A DNA stretch of 32,000 nucleotides, taken from Candidatus Saccharimonadota bacterium (GTDB taxonomy: Bacteria > Patescibacteriota > Gracilibacteria > BD1-5 > UBA2023). The number at the start of each line of letters is the position of its first letter. The stretch's first letter is position 1. Made by a program: the position numbers and the translations under genes. The DNA lies in the NCBI GenBank assembly GCA_046350815.1, contig JAXLZO010000001.1, positions 420,001 to 452,000 of the forward strand. The letters run 5' to 3'. A model generated the notes under the pieces. The model saw nothing but the letters and a program-made list of their open reading frames with translations. It was not told where the DNA came from and ran no database searches. Positions 19,963-31,994 of this stretch are shown in pieces.

Positions 19963-19976
19963 AACATGAGTCTTTT

Positions 19977-20630
19977 ATGAGTCATAATCCATTTAACGAG
20001 GGAACGCAAATTCATAAGATATTTGAGATATTATCAGATTTAAAATGGCATTGTTCAGAGCATGAATTACCTTGAAGCCAACCAGCAAAAGCACTCCAAA
20101 TGATCCGACAAAAAGGGTATGTGATGGAAAAAGTAGGATCAAATTATGAGAAAAGGATATTATGTTCTGTATGCGGGAGAAAAACTCCACATAGAAAACT
20201 TGCTTCTCTCGAAATTCAACATACCTCTATTGAGAGGACTAAAAGCTTAGATACAAAATTAAAAGAAAGAATTATATCTCTATATAACGGTGAGGATGCT
20301 ATTCTTTGATATGCGCCGACTGGTCGAAAAATAGAAGTTGATCATCGGATTCCTCAGATTCGGTGGATAGAAAAAGAAGAAGATTATGAAGATATGACTG
20401 ATGAACAATTGAAAGCACAATTTATGCTTCTTGTACGAGAGCATAATCTTCTCAAGAGTCGTTTTTGTGAAAAATGCAAAAAAACTAATACGAGACAAAA
20501 ATTCCTCTGAATTAAGTATTTTTTTCAATGAAATGAGAATTATACAGACAATTTATGATGTAAGTGATGTGGTTGGCACAATCCTGAAGAGTGGAAAGCA
20601 TCGCTGAATAATAAATTATCTTGAAATTAG
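19977..20630 (+). CDS. Candidate type II restriction endonuclease, HNH (beta-beta-alpha-Me) with CxxC zinc motifs, 217 aa
   Basis: Starts 15 nt after the C gene. CSVCGRK ... EVDHRIPQIRW ... LLVREHNLLKSRFCEKCKK gives an HNH D-H...N pattern plus two CxxC motifs. Fragments 19881..20075 (true start ATG 19977) and 20100..20309 share the frame. Stop is TAG 20628. Confidence 0.65.
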
Positions 20631-20672
20631 ATATAAATTGAATACTATGAGTAACAATTAATAATACGAAGT

Positions 20673-21746
20673 ATGAATTATATTGGATCAAAACTCTCTC
20701 TTCTAGAGTTTCTCTATACTTCCATATCTTCCGTAGTTGAAGATCGAAGATATGTTTTTTCGGATCTTTTTGCGGGAACTGGCACTGTTGGGAGATATTG
20801 GAAACAGAAGGGGTATCAAGTTTGGGCGAATGATCTTCAGTATTATAGTTACATCCTGAATCGCCACTATATTGGCAATCATCAAGATCTCTACTTTACG
20901 GGTCTCACAAGCGATATTCCGGAACTTCTCGTAGCCGGAGTGAACGAAATAAAGAATATTGTGCTTGCGCATTTGAGTCAGATCGAGCCCACAAGCTGAT
21001 TTATCTATAAGAACTACTGTTCTGGTGGAACACTCTGAGGAGAATATGAGCGGCAGTATTTCTCAGATGAAAATGGGAAGCGATGTGATGCTATTCGTAC
21101 GCAGATAGAACTCTGGAAGATGGAATGAAAAGTGACGGAAGATGAGTACTTTTTTTTGCTTGCGTCACTCCTCGAAGCAATTGATAAGGTTGCGAACACC
21201 GCTTCCGTATATGGCGCATTCCTCAAGAAGCTTAAAAAATCTGCACAAAAACCACTCGAACTCAAGCCTGTTCAATATCACCTCAATGATCATGATCATA
21301 TTGTGACAAATAGTGATGTGGGATTGCTGGTAAGGAATACAAAACACGATGTTGTTTATCTTGATCCACCGTACAATCACCGTCAATACAGTGGAAACTA
21401 TCATATTCTTGAGACGATTGCAAGATATGATAGTCCTGAGATTCATGGCAAGACAGGTATGCGAGACTGTCGCGAACAAAAATCAGATTATTGCAGTCGA
21501 TCAAACGTTAAAAGGGCGTATAGTGAATTGATAGAAAATATTGATGCAAACTATATTTTCCTCTCGTATAATGATGAATGATTGATGAGTCATGATGATA
21601 TTCGAGATATTATGAGTACAAGGTGAGAGTATGGATTTTTCACCCAAGAATATCAACGATTCAAGGCAGATAAGACAGAATCAAGAAATCATAAAAAAGA
21701 TCGAGTAATAGAATATCTGCATTATGTAATCATTAAAAATCCTTAA
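20673..21746 (+). CDS. R-M methyltransferase M2: D12-class (Dam-like, alpha) N6-adenine DNA methyltransferase, 357 aa
   Basis: MNYIGSKLSLLEFL...FSDLFAGTGTVG (motif I) ... NDLQYYSY ... VVYLDPPYNHRQYS (motif IV) ... IFLSYNDE. Fragments 20673..20999 and 21132..21581 share the frame. Stop is TAA 21744. Confidence 0.8.
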
Positions 21747-21750
21747 GCCT

Positions 21751-21783
21751 AAAATAAGAGTCACGATATCTGACTCTTATTTT
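21751..21783 (+). terminator. Rho-independent terminator closing the R-M cassette
   Basis: AAAATAAGAGTCA (21751-21763), CGATATC loop, TGACTCTTATTTT (21771-21783), then ATTT. Confidence 0.8.
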
Positions 21784-21828
21784 ATTTGCTTGCGACTCAA
21801 TAGTATTCTCATAAAATACAAAGAAAAA

Positions 21829-23802
21829 ATGCAACTCACGAAAACGCTTCTTCATACCACAGATGCATACATCAAAAAACTCGCTGATGGAGGGATTCAG
21901 ACGGTTGAGGATATGTTGACTCACTATCCACGGACACTTGAGGAAATTGGGGGAGTGGTGCGAGAGTGGGCGTATATTGATGTGAGTTCGATCAATACGA
22001 TTGAGGGGATTATCGAGCATATTTCACGAGAGCGCACTAGAAATGGTAAACAACTTACTAAGATCACTCTTCGCGATATCCATGGAAGCTATGTGGAGGC
22101 GGTCTATTTTCATGCGAATTATCAACTCAAGAATCTCTCAAAAGATCAAAAAATCACCCTCATAGGCAAACCAAAATATGAGTATGCAAAAATGAGTTTT
22201 GTGAGTCCTGAGATCAAGTTCTCTACGGAAAATATAAGCGAGATACGCCCACTCTATAGCGATATAAACTATATTCCAGGATCTTGGTTTGCAGCGAAGA
22301 TACCCCTTCTCTTCGAGTATATAACTCTTCTCGATGATCCATTGCCTCGAGATTTTCCTACCTATCAGACGCTTCTTGGATTTCATGACGCGGTTAAGAT
22401 GATTCATACACCTTGAACACTTGAGGAATATGAGCGTGCAAAACATAGTCTTGGGTATCGTGAACTCTACAGCTATCAAAAACGAGGCATTGAAAAGAAG
22501 TTTGCTCTTCAAAAGCAGAGCCAAGGACATAGTCTTGTGGTTCCACTCAATGCGGACTATATGAAGGAACTCCTGACACGAATTCCATTTGAACTGACGA
22601 ACAAACAAAAAATAGCAACCTTTGCGATCCTCAAGGATATGGAATCTCCTTATGCGATGCATCGACTTTTGCAGGGTGATGTCGGTACAGGTAAGACGAT
22701 TGTCGCTTTTCTGACAGCACTTCATCTCCATCATGCGACGGGTGCACAGATTGCTATAATGTCGCCAACTGAGATTCTCACGAGACAACATTTTGCAGGA
22801 TTTGAAAGGGTATTTGGTGATTTTTGACTCTCGAGTGATTTGCTCGTCGGAGCGCTCACACCCAAGCAAAAAAAAGAAGCAAAAAATCGCCTCGCAAATG
22901 GAGTGACGGATGTTATATTTGGGACACATGCATTGATTCAGGAAGATGTACAGTTCGCGAAGCTCGGATATGTAGTGATCGATGAGCAACATCGATTTGG
23001 CGTGAATGAACGCACCGTCCTCGAGACCTATTTTTCCAGTCGGTGAGCATGTCATCCACATGTGCTCAATATGACAGCAACCCCGATTCCACGAACCCTC
23101 TCTCTGACAATCAATGGTGATCAGGATATGTCGATCATCAATGAATATCCAAAAGGGAGAAAGCCTATCTATACAAAAGTACTCAAAACAGATCATCTCA
23201 CTGATCTCTACCGTATGGTCGAGAGTGAAGTGACGAGTGGACATCAGGTCTACTGGGTGTGTCCTCTGGTCGAGGAGAGTGAGACACTCGATATTGCTTC
23301 TGCTGTCTCGAAGAGCGAAGAACTTCGCCTCATTTTCCCAGATCTCACAGTTGGTCTCATTCATGGCCGTATGAAGTGATCAGAGAAAGATGTTATTATG
23401 CAGGAGTTTATAGCTGGTAATATCGATATTCTCACGAGCACATCCGTGATAGAGGTTGGTGTCGATAATCCTAATGCGACTATTATCGTGATTGAGTGAT
23501 CAGAGCGATTTTGACTCTCACAACTTCACCAATTCCGCGGAAGAGTCGGGCGTGGGCAGGATCAGTCGTACTGTTATCTCCTCACGAGTGAGGATCGAAA
23601 AAAGACAGAGCGACTGCGAGCTATGGAGGAGACGAATGATGGATTTATCCTCTCTGAGATTGACCTCGAGCTTCGCTGACCCGGAGAGGTGTATGGTGTG
23701 AGACAAAGCGGTGTCCCTGATTTCAAAATTGCGGATATTACCGATCTCGAGAAAGTGAGTGAAATTCGGGAGACGATCATTGCTTATTTACAACCATCAT
23801 AA
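21829..23802 (+). CDS. recG: ATP-dependent DNA helicase RecG, 657 aa
   Basis: Fragments 21790.., 22537.., 22840.. and 23062.. share one frame. Motifs: [11 protein letters not shown] (Walker A), [10 protein letters not shown] (DEQH), [44 protein letters not shown]. Stop is TAA 23800. ATG 21829 (MQLTKTLL...) is preferred over TTG 21790. Confidence 0.92.
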
Positions 23803-23805
23803 ATT

Positions 23806-24321
23806 ATGGCACGTATCAACGAAATACTCTGAAGTCCACATGAATTCTTGCAAAAAATCTTTCAATGACTCTCAGAAGATGCGATCGATGTGAGTGGCTG
23901 CGAACTTGATCATATATGTTATCGTACAGAGACGGTGGAACGATATCAATTTCTCAAAAATCAAATCGAGTCTGGTTATGGAAAACTTCTCGATGAATCA
24001 ATAATTGGTTGAAGACCCATTGCAACGTATCGACTCAATGATCCAGTTATTTTTGTAAATCGGAAGATCCAACTCTTAGAGCTCCCATCACCGAAGGCAA
24101 CAAGTTTTTATCCAGAGTGATACGAACATGTTGAATTTGTCATAGATGAATCATTTTCAGATTTTTGCTCGCGTTACTCATGAGTTTCTTTTGATACAAA
24201 ATCCCAATTAAAAGAAATCAACCCTGATATATCGAGAAAGTATTCGTTCGGAAGTGTAAAATTTCATCATGCATCCCTTGATCAAGTTATCGAGATGGAA
24301 CAAGTAATAAAAATGAATTAG
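23806..24321 (+). CDS. YecM-like VOC (glyoxalase-fold) family protein, 171 aa
   Basis: ...CELDHICYRTETVERYQFL...IIG-G-RPIATYRLNDPV...IQLLELPSPKATSFYPE-G-YEHVEFVI matches my memory of E. coli YecM. It starts 3 nt after the recG stop. Stop is TAG 24319. Confidence 0.6.
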
Positions 24322-24335
24322 GATAACATCATCGA

Positions 24336-25286
24336 TTATCTTTTGTACTTCTTCACCATTGAACCAACAAAATCTTCAATCGAAAGCTCAGCCGCATGAA
24401 GTTGCTGTGGTATGAAGCTTGTTTCGGTCATACCAGGTATCGTATTGATCTCCAGTACAACCAGTTCTCCTCGTTTATTGAGAATCATATCGGTGCGAGA
24501 GATGTCCTTGCATCCACAGAGCTTATGCACTTGAAGGGCGAGCTCTTGGATTTGTTTTTTCAGATCATCATCAATGTTTGCTGGAGTGATTTCTCTACAT
24601 CCATTTGGTGAATATTTTGCACCATAGTCGAATATATCACTTTTAGTGAGTATAATTTCTGATGGTGGGAGAGTAAGAATATCATCATTTATTTCTACTA
24701 CTCCACACGTAAATTCTCTCCCCTGAATATACTCTTGAACGAGAATATCAGATCGTGTTTTGAGTTCTTTTATACATATTTTCCAAAGCTCCTCCTGAGA
24801 ATTTGGTTTATAGAGTGATACACTAGACCCATCAGCGCGCGGTTTGACAATGCATGGAAGATCAAGAGCTATTTGATGGAGTTCGTGAATATCTCGTACT
24901 ATAAATGATTGAGGAACTCGAATTCCGTACTGTCTAAGAAAATCACCAGTTTCCTGTTTGTCTATGGTGAGTTCTAACGATTGGCTTCATGATCCGATAA
25001 AAGATAGCTTTGTTTTCTCAAGGATACGGGCAAATTGTCCATCTTCACCAAAAGCCCCGTGCATTACTGATAAAATAATACCCACATTCCCTTCCATCGT
25101 TTTCAGAAGATCATCGAGATTGATTGTCTTTTCATCAAGAAAATATTGTCCTTGTTGGGTCAGAAGAACGATGTGAATATCCAGATTTGGAGTATCTTTT
25201 AATGTATTTGCTATGTTTCTTCATGACGCGAGAGAGACATTATGTTCTGATCAAGGTCATCCGATAAAAAGATAAAGATGTTGCAT
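24336..25286 (-). CDS. ddl: D-alanine--D-alanine ligase, 316 aa
   Basis: MQHLYLFIG-G-P-G-SEHNVSL..., MHGAFGEDGQ, IVKPRADGSSVS, LVQEYIQGREFTCGV, C-terminal track ORF 24336..24530 (LEINTIPGMTETSFIP). Stop is TAA 24336. Confidence 0.9.
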
Positions 25287-25358
25287 GTGATAATGAGGCA
25301 ATAAGCATAAGTTTCCATTTTATCTTTGAATAGTTTTTATACAACCATTCTTCTAAAA

Positions 25359-25384
25359 TTAGCACGAAAATAAATAAGTGCTAA
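25359..25384 (+). promoter_or_regulatory. CIRCE-like inverted repeat immediately upstream of the dnaK -35 box
   Basis: TTAGCACGA-N8-AAGTGCTAA has perfect 7-bp arms TTAGCAC/GTGCTAA. The spacer is 1 nt shorter than canonical. Confidence 0.7.
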
Positions 25385-25390
25385 TTTTAT

Positions 25391-25418
25391 TTGACACAGA
25401 AAAAAAGTATGCTATACT
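25391..25418 (+). promoter_or_regulatory. dnaK sigma70-type promoter
   Basis: TTGACA (25391-25396), 16-nt spacer, TATACT (25413-25418). Confidence 0.7.
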
Positions 25419-25428
25419 CCCCATGTTG

Positions 25429-25455
25429 TTAGCACAAAGATGTTCTCTGTGCAAA
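25429..25455 (+). promoter_or_regulatory. Second, degenerate CIRCE-like element in the dnaK 5' leader
   Basis: TTAGCACAA-N9-CTGTGCAAA has canonical spacing with 7/9 arm complementarity. It lies between the -10 box and ATG 25485. Confidence 0.5.
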
Positions 25456-25484
25456 CGAAGAATATTTCATTTATTTCAAAAGTT

Positions 25485-27362
25485 ATGTCAAAAATTATTG
25501 GTATCGATCTTGGTACAACTAACTCATGTGTTGCGTTTATGGAAGCGGGATCTCCAAAGGTGATCCCAAATGCAGAGGGTGGAAATACAACCCCATCTGT
25601 TGTAGCAAACAAAGGTGGTGACACGCTTGTGGGTATGCCAGCAAAACGTCAGGCAGTTATGAATCCTGCTCAGACAATTTTCTCAGCAAAGCGATTCATT
25701 GGTCGTCAGTTTAGCGAAGTTCAAGCGGAAATTAAGAATGTTCCCTATAAAGTAGTTGCCGGTTCCAATGGTGAATGTCTCATCGAATACAACGGTGAGA
25801 ATGTTCGTCCAGAAGAAATTTCTGCAAAGGTTCTTGAGAAACTTAAAGATGACGCGGAAAAATACCTCGGATCAAAAGTTGCAGGGGCTGTTATTACTGT
25901 TCCAGCATACTTCAATGATTCCCAACGTCAGGCAACTATCAATGCTGGTAAGATTGCTGGACTTGATGTAAAACGTATTGTGAATGAGCCAACTGCCGCA
26001 GCTCTTGCATACGGTCTTGCAAACAAGAAAGATGAGAAAGTAGCGGTCTATGACTTTGGTGGAGGTACGTTTGATATTTCCATCCTAGAGATTGGATCAG
26101 AAGGTACATTCGAGGTTCTTGCAACTAATGGTGATACTCATCTTGGTGGTGATGATTTTGATCAGAAGATATTTGAGTATATTGTTGCTGAATTTCAAAA
26201 GGATCAAGGTGTTGATCTTCGTAAGGATCCAATGGCAGTTCAACGTGTTCGTGATGAGGCGGAAAAAGTGAAAAAAGAGCTCTCATCAGCGACAGAGGTT
26301 GATATTAATCTTCCATATATTACGGTTGATACGAGTGGTCCAAAAAATCTCTTTATGAAGATTACTCGAGCAAAATTCGAAGAGCTTATTGCAGATCTCG
26401 TGGAACGATCTATCGAACCATGTCGTAAGGTGCTCAAGGATGCAGGACTTCAAGCATCACAGATTGATGAGGTAATTCTCGTTGGTGGATCGACTCGTGT
26501 ACCTATGGTGCGAGCCAAGGTGGAAGCATTCTTCGGAAAGAATCCAAATAACTCTGTACATCCAGATGAAGCGGTAGCCGTTGGTGCAGCGGTTCAGGCT
26601 GGTATTATCCAAGGTGATGTGACTGACGTGCTTCTTCTTGATGTGACTCCACTGTCTCTCGGTATTGAGACCCTTGGTGGTGTTATGACTCGTATGATCG
26701 AGCGTAATACAACGATCCCAACTTCCAAGTCTCAAGTCTACTCGACAGCTGCTGACAATCAAGATAGTGTCGAGATCCATGTTCTCCAAGGTGAGCGTGA
26801 AATGGCTGGTGATAACAAGTCACTCGGAAGGTTTATCCTTTCTGGTATTCCACAGGCTCCGCGTGGCGTACCCCAGATTGAAGTTATTTTTGATATTGAT
26901 GCATCCGGTATTCTTCATGTAACTGCAAAGGATAAGGGAACTGGTAAAGAACAAAAGGTGACCATTCAGGCAGGTACGAATATGGATGAAAAGGAAGTTG
27001 AGAAGCTTGTAAAGGAGGCAGAAGCTAACCGCGAATCTGATAAACTCAAGAAAGAGTCGATCGAAGCTCGTAATCATGCGGACTCGGCTATCTATCAAGC
27101 AGAAAAGACTCTCAAAGACAATGAGGGAAAATACGACGCAAAAGATGGTGAAGATGCAAAGGCAAAGATCGAAGAGCTCAAGAAAGTTCTTGAGCCTTCT
27201 GATGCATCCAAGGCTGATATTGATGCAAAACTCAATCCACTTCAAGAGGTTATGATGAAAATTGGTCAGGCAATCTACGCACAAGGCACAACAGATGCGG
27301 AGACTGCAAATGACAAGAAAAATGACGATGGAACAGTTGATGCAGAGGTAGAAGAAAAATAA
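25485..27362 (+). CDS. dnaK: Chaperone DnaK (Hsp70), 625 aa
   Basis: [14 protein letters not shown]..., [17 protein letters not shown] prefer ATG 25485 over the track start 25440. There is no in-frame TGA although I count about 50 Gly. Stop is TAA 27360. Confidence 0.97.
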   Translation: MSKIIGIDLGTTNSCVAFMEAGSPKVIPNAEGGNTTPSVVANKGGDTLVGMPAKRQAVMNPAQTIFSAKRFIGRQFSEVQAEIKNVPYKVVAGSNGECLIEYNGENVRPEEISAKVLEKLKDDAEKYLGSKVAGAVITVPAYFNDSQRQATINAGKIAGLDVKRIVNEPTAAALAYGLANKKDEKVAVYDFGGGTFDISILEIGSEGTFEVLATNGDTHLGGDDFDQKIFEYIVAEFQKDQGVDLRKDPMAVQRVRDEAEKVKKELSSATEVDINLPYITVDTSGPKNLFMKITRAKFEELIADLVERSIEPCRKVLKDAGLQASQIDEVILVGGSTRVPMVRAKVEAFFGKNPNNSVHPDEAVAVGAAVQAGIIQGDVTDVLLLDVTPLSLGIETLGGVMTRMIERNTTIPTSKSQVYSTAADNQDSVEIHVLQGEREMAGDNKSLGRFILSGIPQAPRGVPQIEVIFDIDASGILHVTAKDKGTGKEQKVTIQAGTNMDEKEVEKLVKEAEANRESDKLKKESIEARNHADSAIYQAEKTLKDNEGKYDAKDGEDAKAKIEELKKVLEPSDASKADIDAKLNPLQEVMMKIGQAIYAQGTTDAETANDKKNDDGTVDAEVEEK

Positions 27363-27373
27363 TATGAATTGAC

Positions 27374-27416
27374 AAAATAAAGTATCTCAATATTAATATT
27401 TGAGATACTTTATTTT
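27374..27416 (+). terminator. dnaK rho-independent terminator
   Basis: AAAATAAAGTATCTCAATATT / AATATTTGAGATACTTTATTTT form a near-perfect ~20-bp stem with one bulged T, followed by GATTTTT. Confidence 0.8.
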
Positions 27417-27435
27417 GATTTTTACTGTCGAATAT

Positions 27436-27990
27436 ATGTTTTCGCTTGAGACGAACGCTGAGCTTATATGAGCATCACGGACAGTAAAAAAGATACTTCC
27501 GGATAATCCGAAGATACTCTATCCTGCTTGCTGAATGGATATTAGTCTTGAACAAACATTTCCACAAGCATCTGTTACATATCTTGACCCATCTGATACG
27601 GCATGTGAAGCATTAAGAGTTGATACGAGCAGAAGAGTCCTTCAGTTAGCACTTCCTACAGAGCAAGATATAGGAAAATATAATTTAATTGTTCTTATGA
27701 ATCAAAATGGTGATTTCTCTACTTTGGATGTTGCGCGACATTTGTCAGAGAGAGTCTGATATATTCTCGCACTTTGATTATCATGGAATTTTGACGCAGA
27801 GAGATACTTATTTGATGGACGTTTTGAATTAAACGGTGTATTGTTATCAGACAACAATAAAAATACGTACTCATTGATACAAAAAGACATTGAGGAATAT
27901 AGAAAGATAAAATTTTATTCAACTGACACCCTTAAGAGAACTCAATTTTTCCGTCATGCAGACTGGTATCTTTTTTCACCTTATAATTAA
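27436..27990 (+). CDS. Hypothetical protein, 184 aa, weak Rossmann/SAM-MTase-like pattern
   Basis: Extends track ORF 27535..27759 in both directions across TGAs. KILYPACGMDISL / VTYLDPSD / YNLIVLMN resemble MTase motifs I, II and IV positions, but this is a weak call. Stop is TAA 27988. The start (27436 or 27535) is uncertain. Confidence 0.5.
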
Positions 27991-27999
27991 CTGAGCTTT

Positions 28000-28479
28000 A
28001 TGAATACATTACGAGAGTATGCCACATGAGAATACGTTCAGGCAACATTGAAGCAATCTGACGCCATTATCGCAATTATTCAAGCGAATATTGTGCGACT
28101 GGTATGAGAACAAGTTGAGCCACAACAGCAAGACGGACAAAGCGGATCTTTTATCTATTTTTCAGATAGACCAACTGAAACATACGTCGTCTATATTTTG
28201 AATAAGATAGTGCTTGAGATGCTTGCTGGAAAATATAACAAACCCATCTCAGGTCTTCATATTCATGATAATGTTAATACAGAGTGATCAGTGATTTGTT
28301 GGCCACAAAAGATTAATACTGTTGATGAAGCAAAGAAAGTTTTGTCTGATTGGTTATGACTCATTGGTTCTCTTTTTGCTTCTGATATACAGGACATTAA
28401 TCATTTTCATCAACCCGAAAATACTCATTGGATCGAAGATACACCGACTCAATATGGAATTCACGTAGAGCTTCAGTAG
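28000..28479 (+). CDS. Hypothetical protein, 159 aa
   Basis: ATG 28000 to TAG 28477 reads with 4 in-frame TGA and no TAA/TAG. The ORF is invisible in the standard-code track. It starts 9 nt after the upstream stop. Confidence 0.5.
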
Positions 28480-28504
28480 CTAGAAATATTTTATTGATAG
28501 AACC

Positions 28505-29611
28505 ATGGATGATCTTGAAAAAAGGTTACATAATTTGTGAATTTTCACAAAAGAGATAAGTTGAAGTACAAATGAGAAAACTAATTACATACGTGGATAT
28601 ATGAAAGGTGCACTAAAATTACTCATGCAGTATAATATACCGGAGGATAAAGACTATCAGCTTATCATCCGATCTTTTCAGGATCTCTTTAAAATAACAG
28701 AAAGGAATCATATTCACACTACATCATGATTGTTCGATCGTAGAAGAAGATCTGAACTATGTATGAATGCTCTTGAAAGGTATCGTGAAACTTTTACAGA
28801 TGAAGAGTATGATCTTCTTAAGTGATTGCTACGTCGAATTCGTCTGGAGAACTGGACAAAGCAACTTTCTGCACCTTATGGTATAATTCGAAATTCCGAT
28901 CTCAAGAAAGAACTCTACCTTAATGAAATAACTGATCTATCTAAAACAGTTTTTGAACCACGTGAATATATCGGTATTGATCCATGAGCTGATTCTGATT
29001 TAGAGGCACCATCGGTTATTACTGCTATGACACCACCAGGCTATACCCAGCCAATACATAGTCATGATTCCACAACAGAAGTGACTTTCTATACTGGAGA
29101 TTCGGAAGCTATATATTACGATAATTGAGTAGAAAGAATTATTCCAGTATCGTCTGGAGATATGGTTATTATTCCTCAAGGTATTACTCATACAATCCGA
29201 AATCCAACTCTCAATCCAGTGAAAAATATTTCAGTTAAACTCCCACAGGCGCTCCTTGATCGCTGTAATACGCTTAGTAAAAACAGGGCATCTGGCGTGG
29301 AAGTTCGTCGTATGTTTTCCAATAATAATGATGTATATTCTTTTGACCTGACCGATCTTCATCTTGGTTATAGTATCGAGATACATCGATTTGATTATGA
29401 AAAATTTCACTATGTCACCTCTCGTTGAAAATCTCTTATTTATGTGTTGGATGGTGGATTCCTTATAGATTTTCTCCCTAAAGATGGTGAAATACAAACA
29501 ACACAAAATGTGCTTGTTCCGTGAGATGTTGCTATATGCGAGAATATGAGATCTATTCGACTCGAAGCAATTCAAAGAATTGGTTCTGTTTATATGGTGA
29601 CGTTAGTATAA
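28505..29611 (+). CDS. Cupin-domain protein, 368 aa (helical N-terminal region plus metal-binding cupin)
   Basis: GYTQPIHSHDSTTEVTFYTG fits cupin motif 1, G(X)5HXH(X)4E..G. GDMVIIPQGITHTIRN matches motif 2, G(X)5PXG(X)2H(X)3N, exactly. Contains track ORF 29162..29428. Stop is TAA 29609. Confidence 0.65.
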
Positions 29612-29621
29612 TTTTCTCTCT

Positions 29622-30185
29622 ATGGGTGATATTCTTCCATTTCCATCTGGTAAGATAAGAGAACAAAAAGCTGAGAATCATCCGCCAGTTGTTATCGAGT
29701 ATGTACTCCCACGCTCTGATAATCTTTCTCGCGATAGGATTATGCAGATTCGTATACAGGTTGCGGAAATTATGAAATCTTCAGATGAAGCAGAAAGTTT
29801 CTCTCTGCGAGAAAATGGCTTGATGGTCTATGATGTGATTATTGATACTTTGAATGAACCGATAGCAAGTATTGATCTCGATGCAGTTGAGTTTTTGCTG
29901 GCACTCATATTCCGTGATGACTATGATGAAGTATTTGATATCTTTGCTGAGTATATACACAGCTTTATAAGAACTTTTCAAGAATATCACAATCCACATG
30001 CACCAAGTACTGAATCATATGATATGAAACAAGCTGATATACTTTATCAGCAGATTGATGAATTGATAGCAAGATCTGATGATATTGTTTCGAGAAAATG
30101 GTTTTTGGCAGTGAAAAAAGTTTTACCGACTGTAAATCAGGTACTCTATGATCAGCAAATTATTGCACAAATTTTTGAGGAATAA
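29622..30185 (+). CDS. Acidic hypothetical protein, 187 aa
   Basis: Intact track ORF that starts 10 nt after the cupin gene stop. No recognisable motif. Confidence 0.55.
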   Translation: MGDILPFPSGKIREQKAENHPPVVIEYVLPRSDNLSRDRIMQIRIQVAEIMKSSDEAESFSLRENGLMVYDVIIDTLNEPIASIDLDAVEFLLALIFRDDYDEVFDIFAEYIHSFIRTFQEYHNPHAPSTESYDMKQADILYQQIDELIARSDDIVSRKWFLAVKKVLPTVNQVLYDQQIIAQIFEE

Positions 30186-30261
30186 TTTTTCTTAAAAATC
30201 TCATCAGAAAGCGATTTTATTGAAAGAAAAAAAAGAAAGGGAAAAAAAGTCAAAAAATCTT

Positions 30262-30289
30262 TTGACACCCCAATCATTTTCTATACAAT
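30262..30289 (+). promoter_or_regulatory. rRNA operon promoter with an A-rich UP-like region
   Basis: TTGACA (30262-30267), 16-nt spacer, TACAAT (30284-30289). Preceded by GAAAGAAAAAAAAGAAAGGGAAAAAAAGTCAAAAAA and located ~180 nt upstream of the 16S 5' end. Confidence 0.65.
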
Positions 30290-30466
30290 CCCCCTCGCTT
30301 TCGCAAGAGGTAACCCCTCCATCGAAAAGGTCATTAACACTCAACACAAGAAGAAAACTCCATCTCATACAAGAGATGGTTTTAAGTAATATCGAGTGTT
30401 CGCGTAAGCGAAACACTCACAATCAAGATAACAGCGAATCGCGCAAGCGATTCAAAGCTATCGTTC

Positions 30467-31994
<1,528 letters not shown>

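Noticed and set aside
22138-23364. 408-aa minus-strand ORF, the longest non-dnaK ORF in the supplied track
   Set aside because: It is antisense to recG, whose helicase motifs are unambiguous on the + strand. The product is low-complexity and Cys/Phe/Ile-rich with no motifs, so it is a shadow ORF.
26457-27284. 110-aa and 154-aa minus-strand ORFs
   Set aside because: Both are antisense to dnaK.
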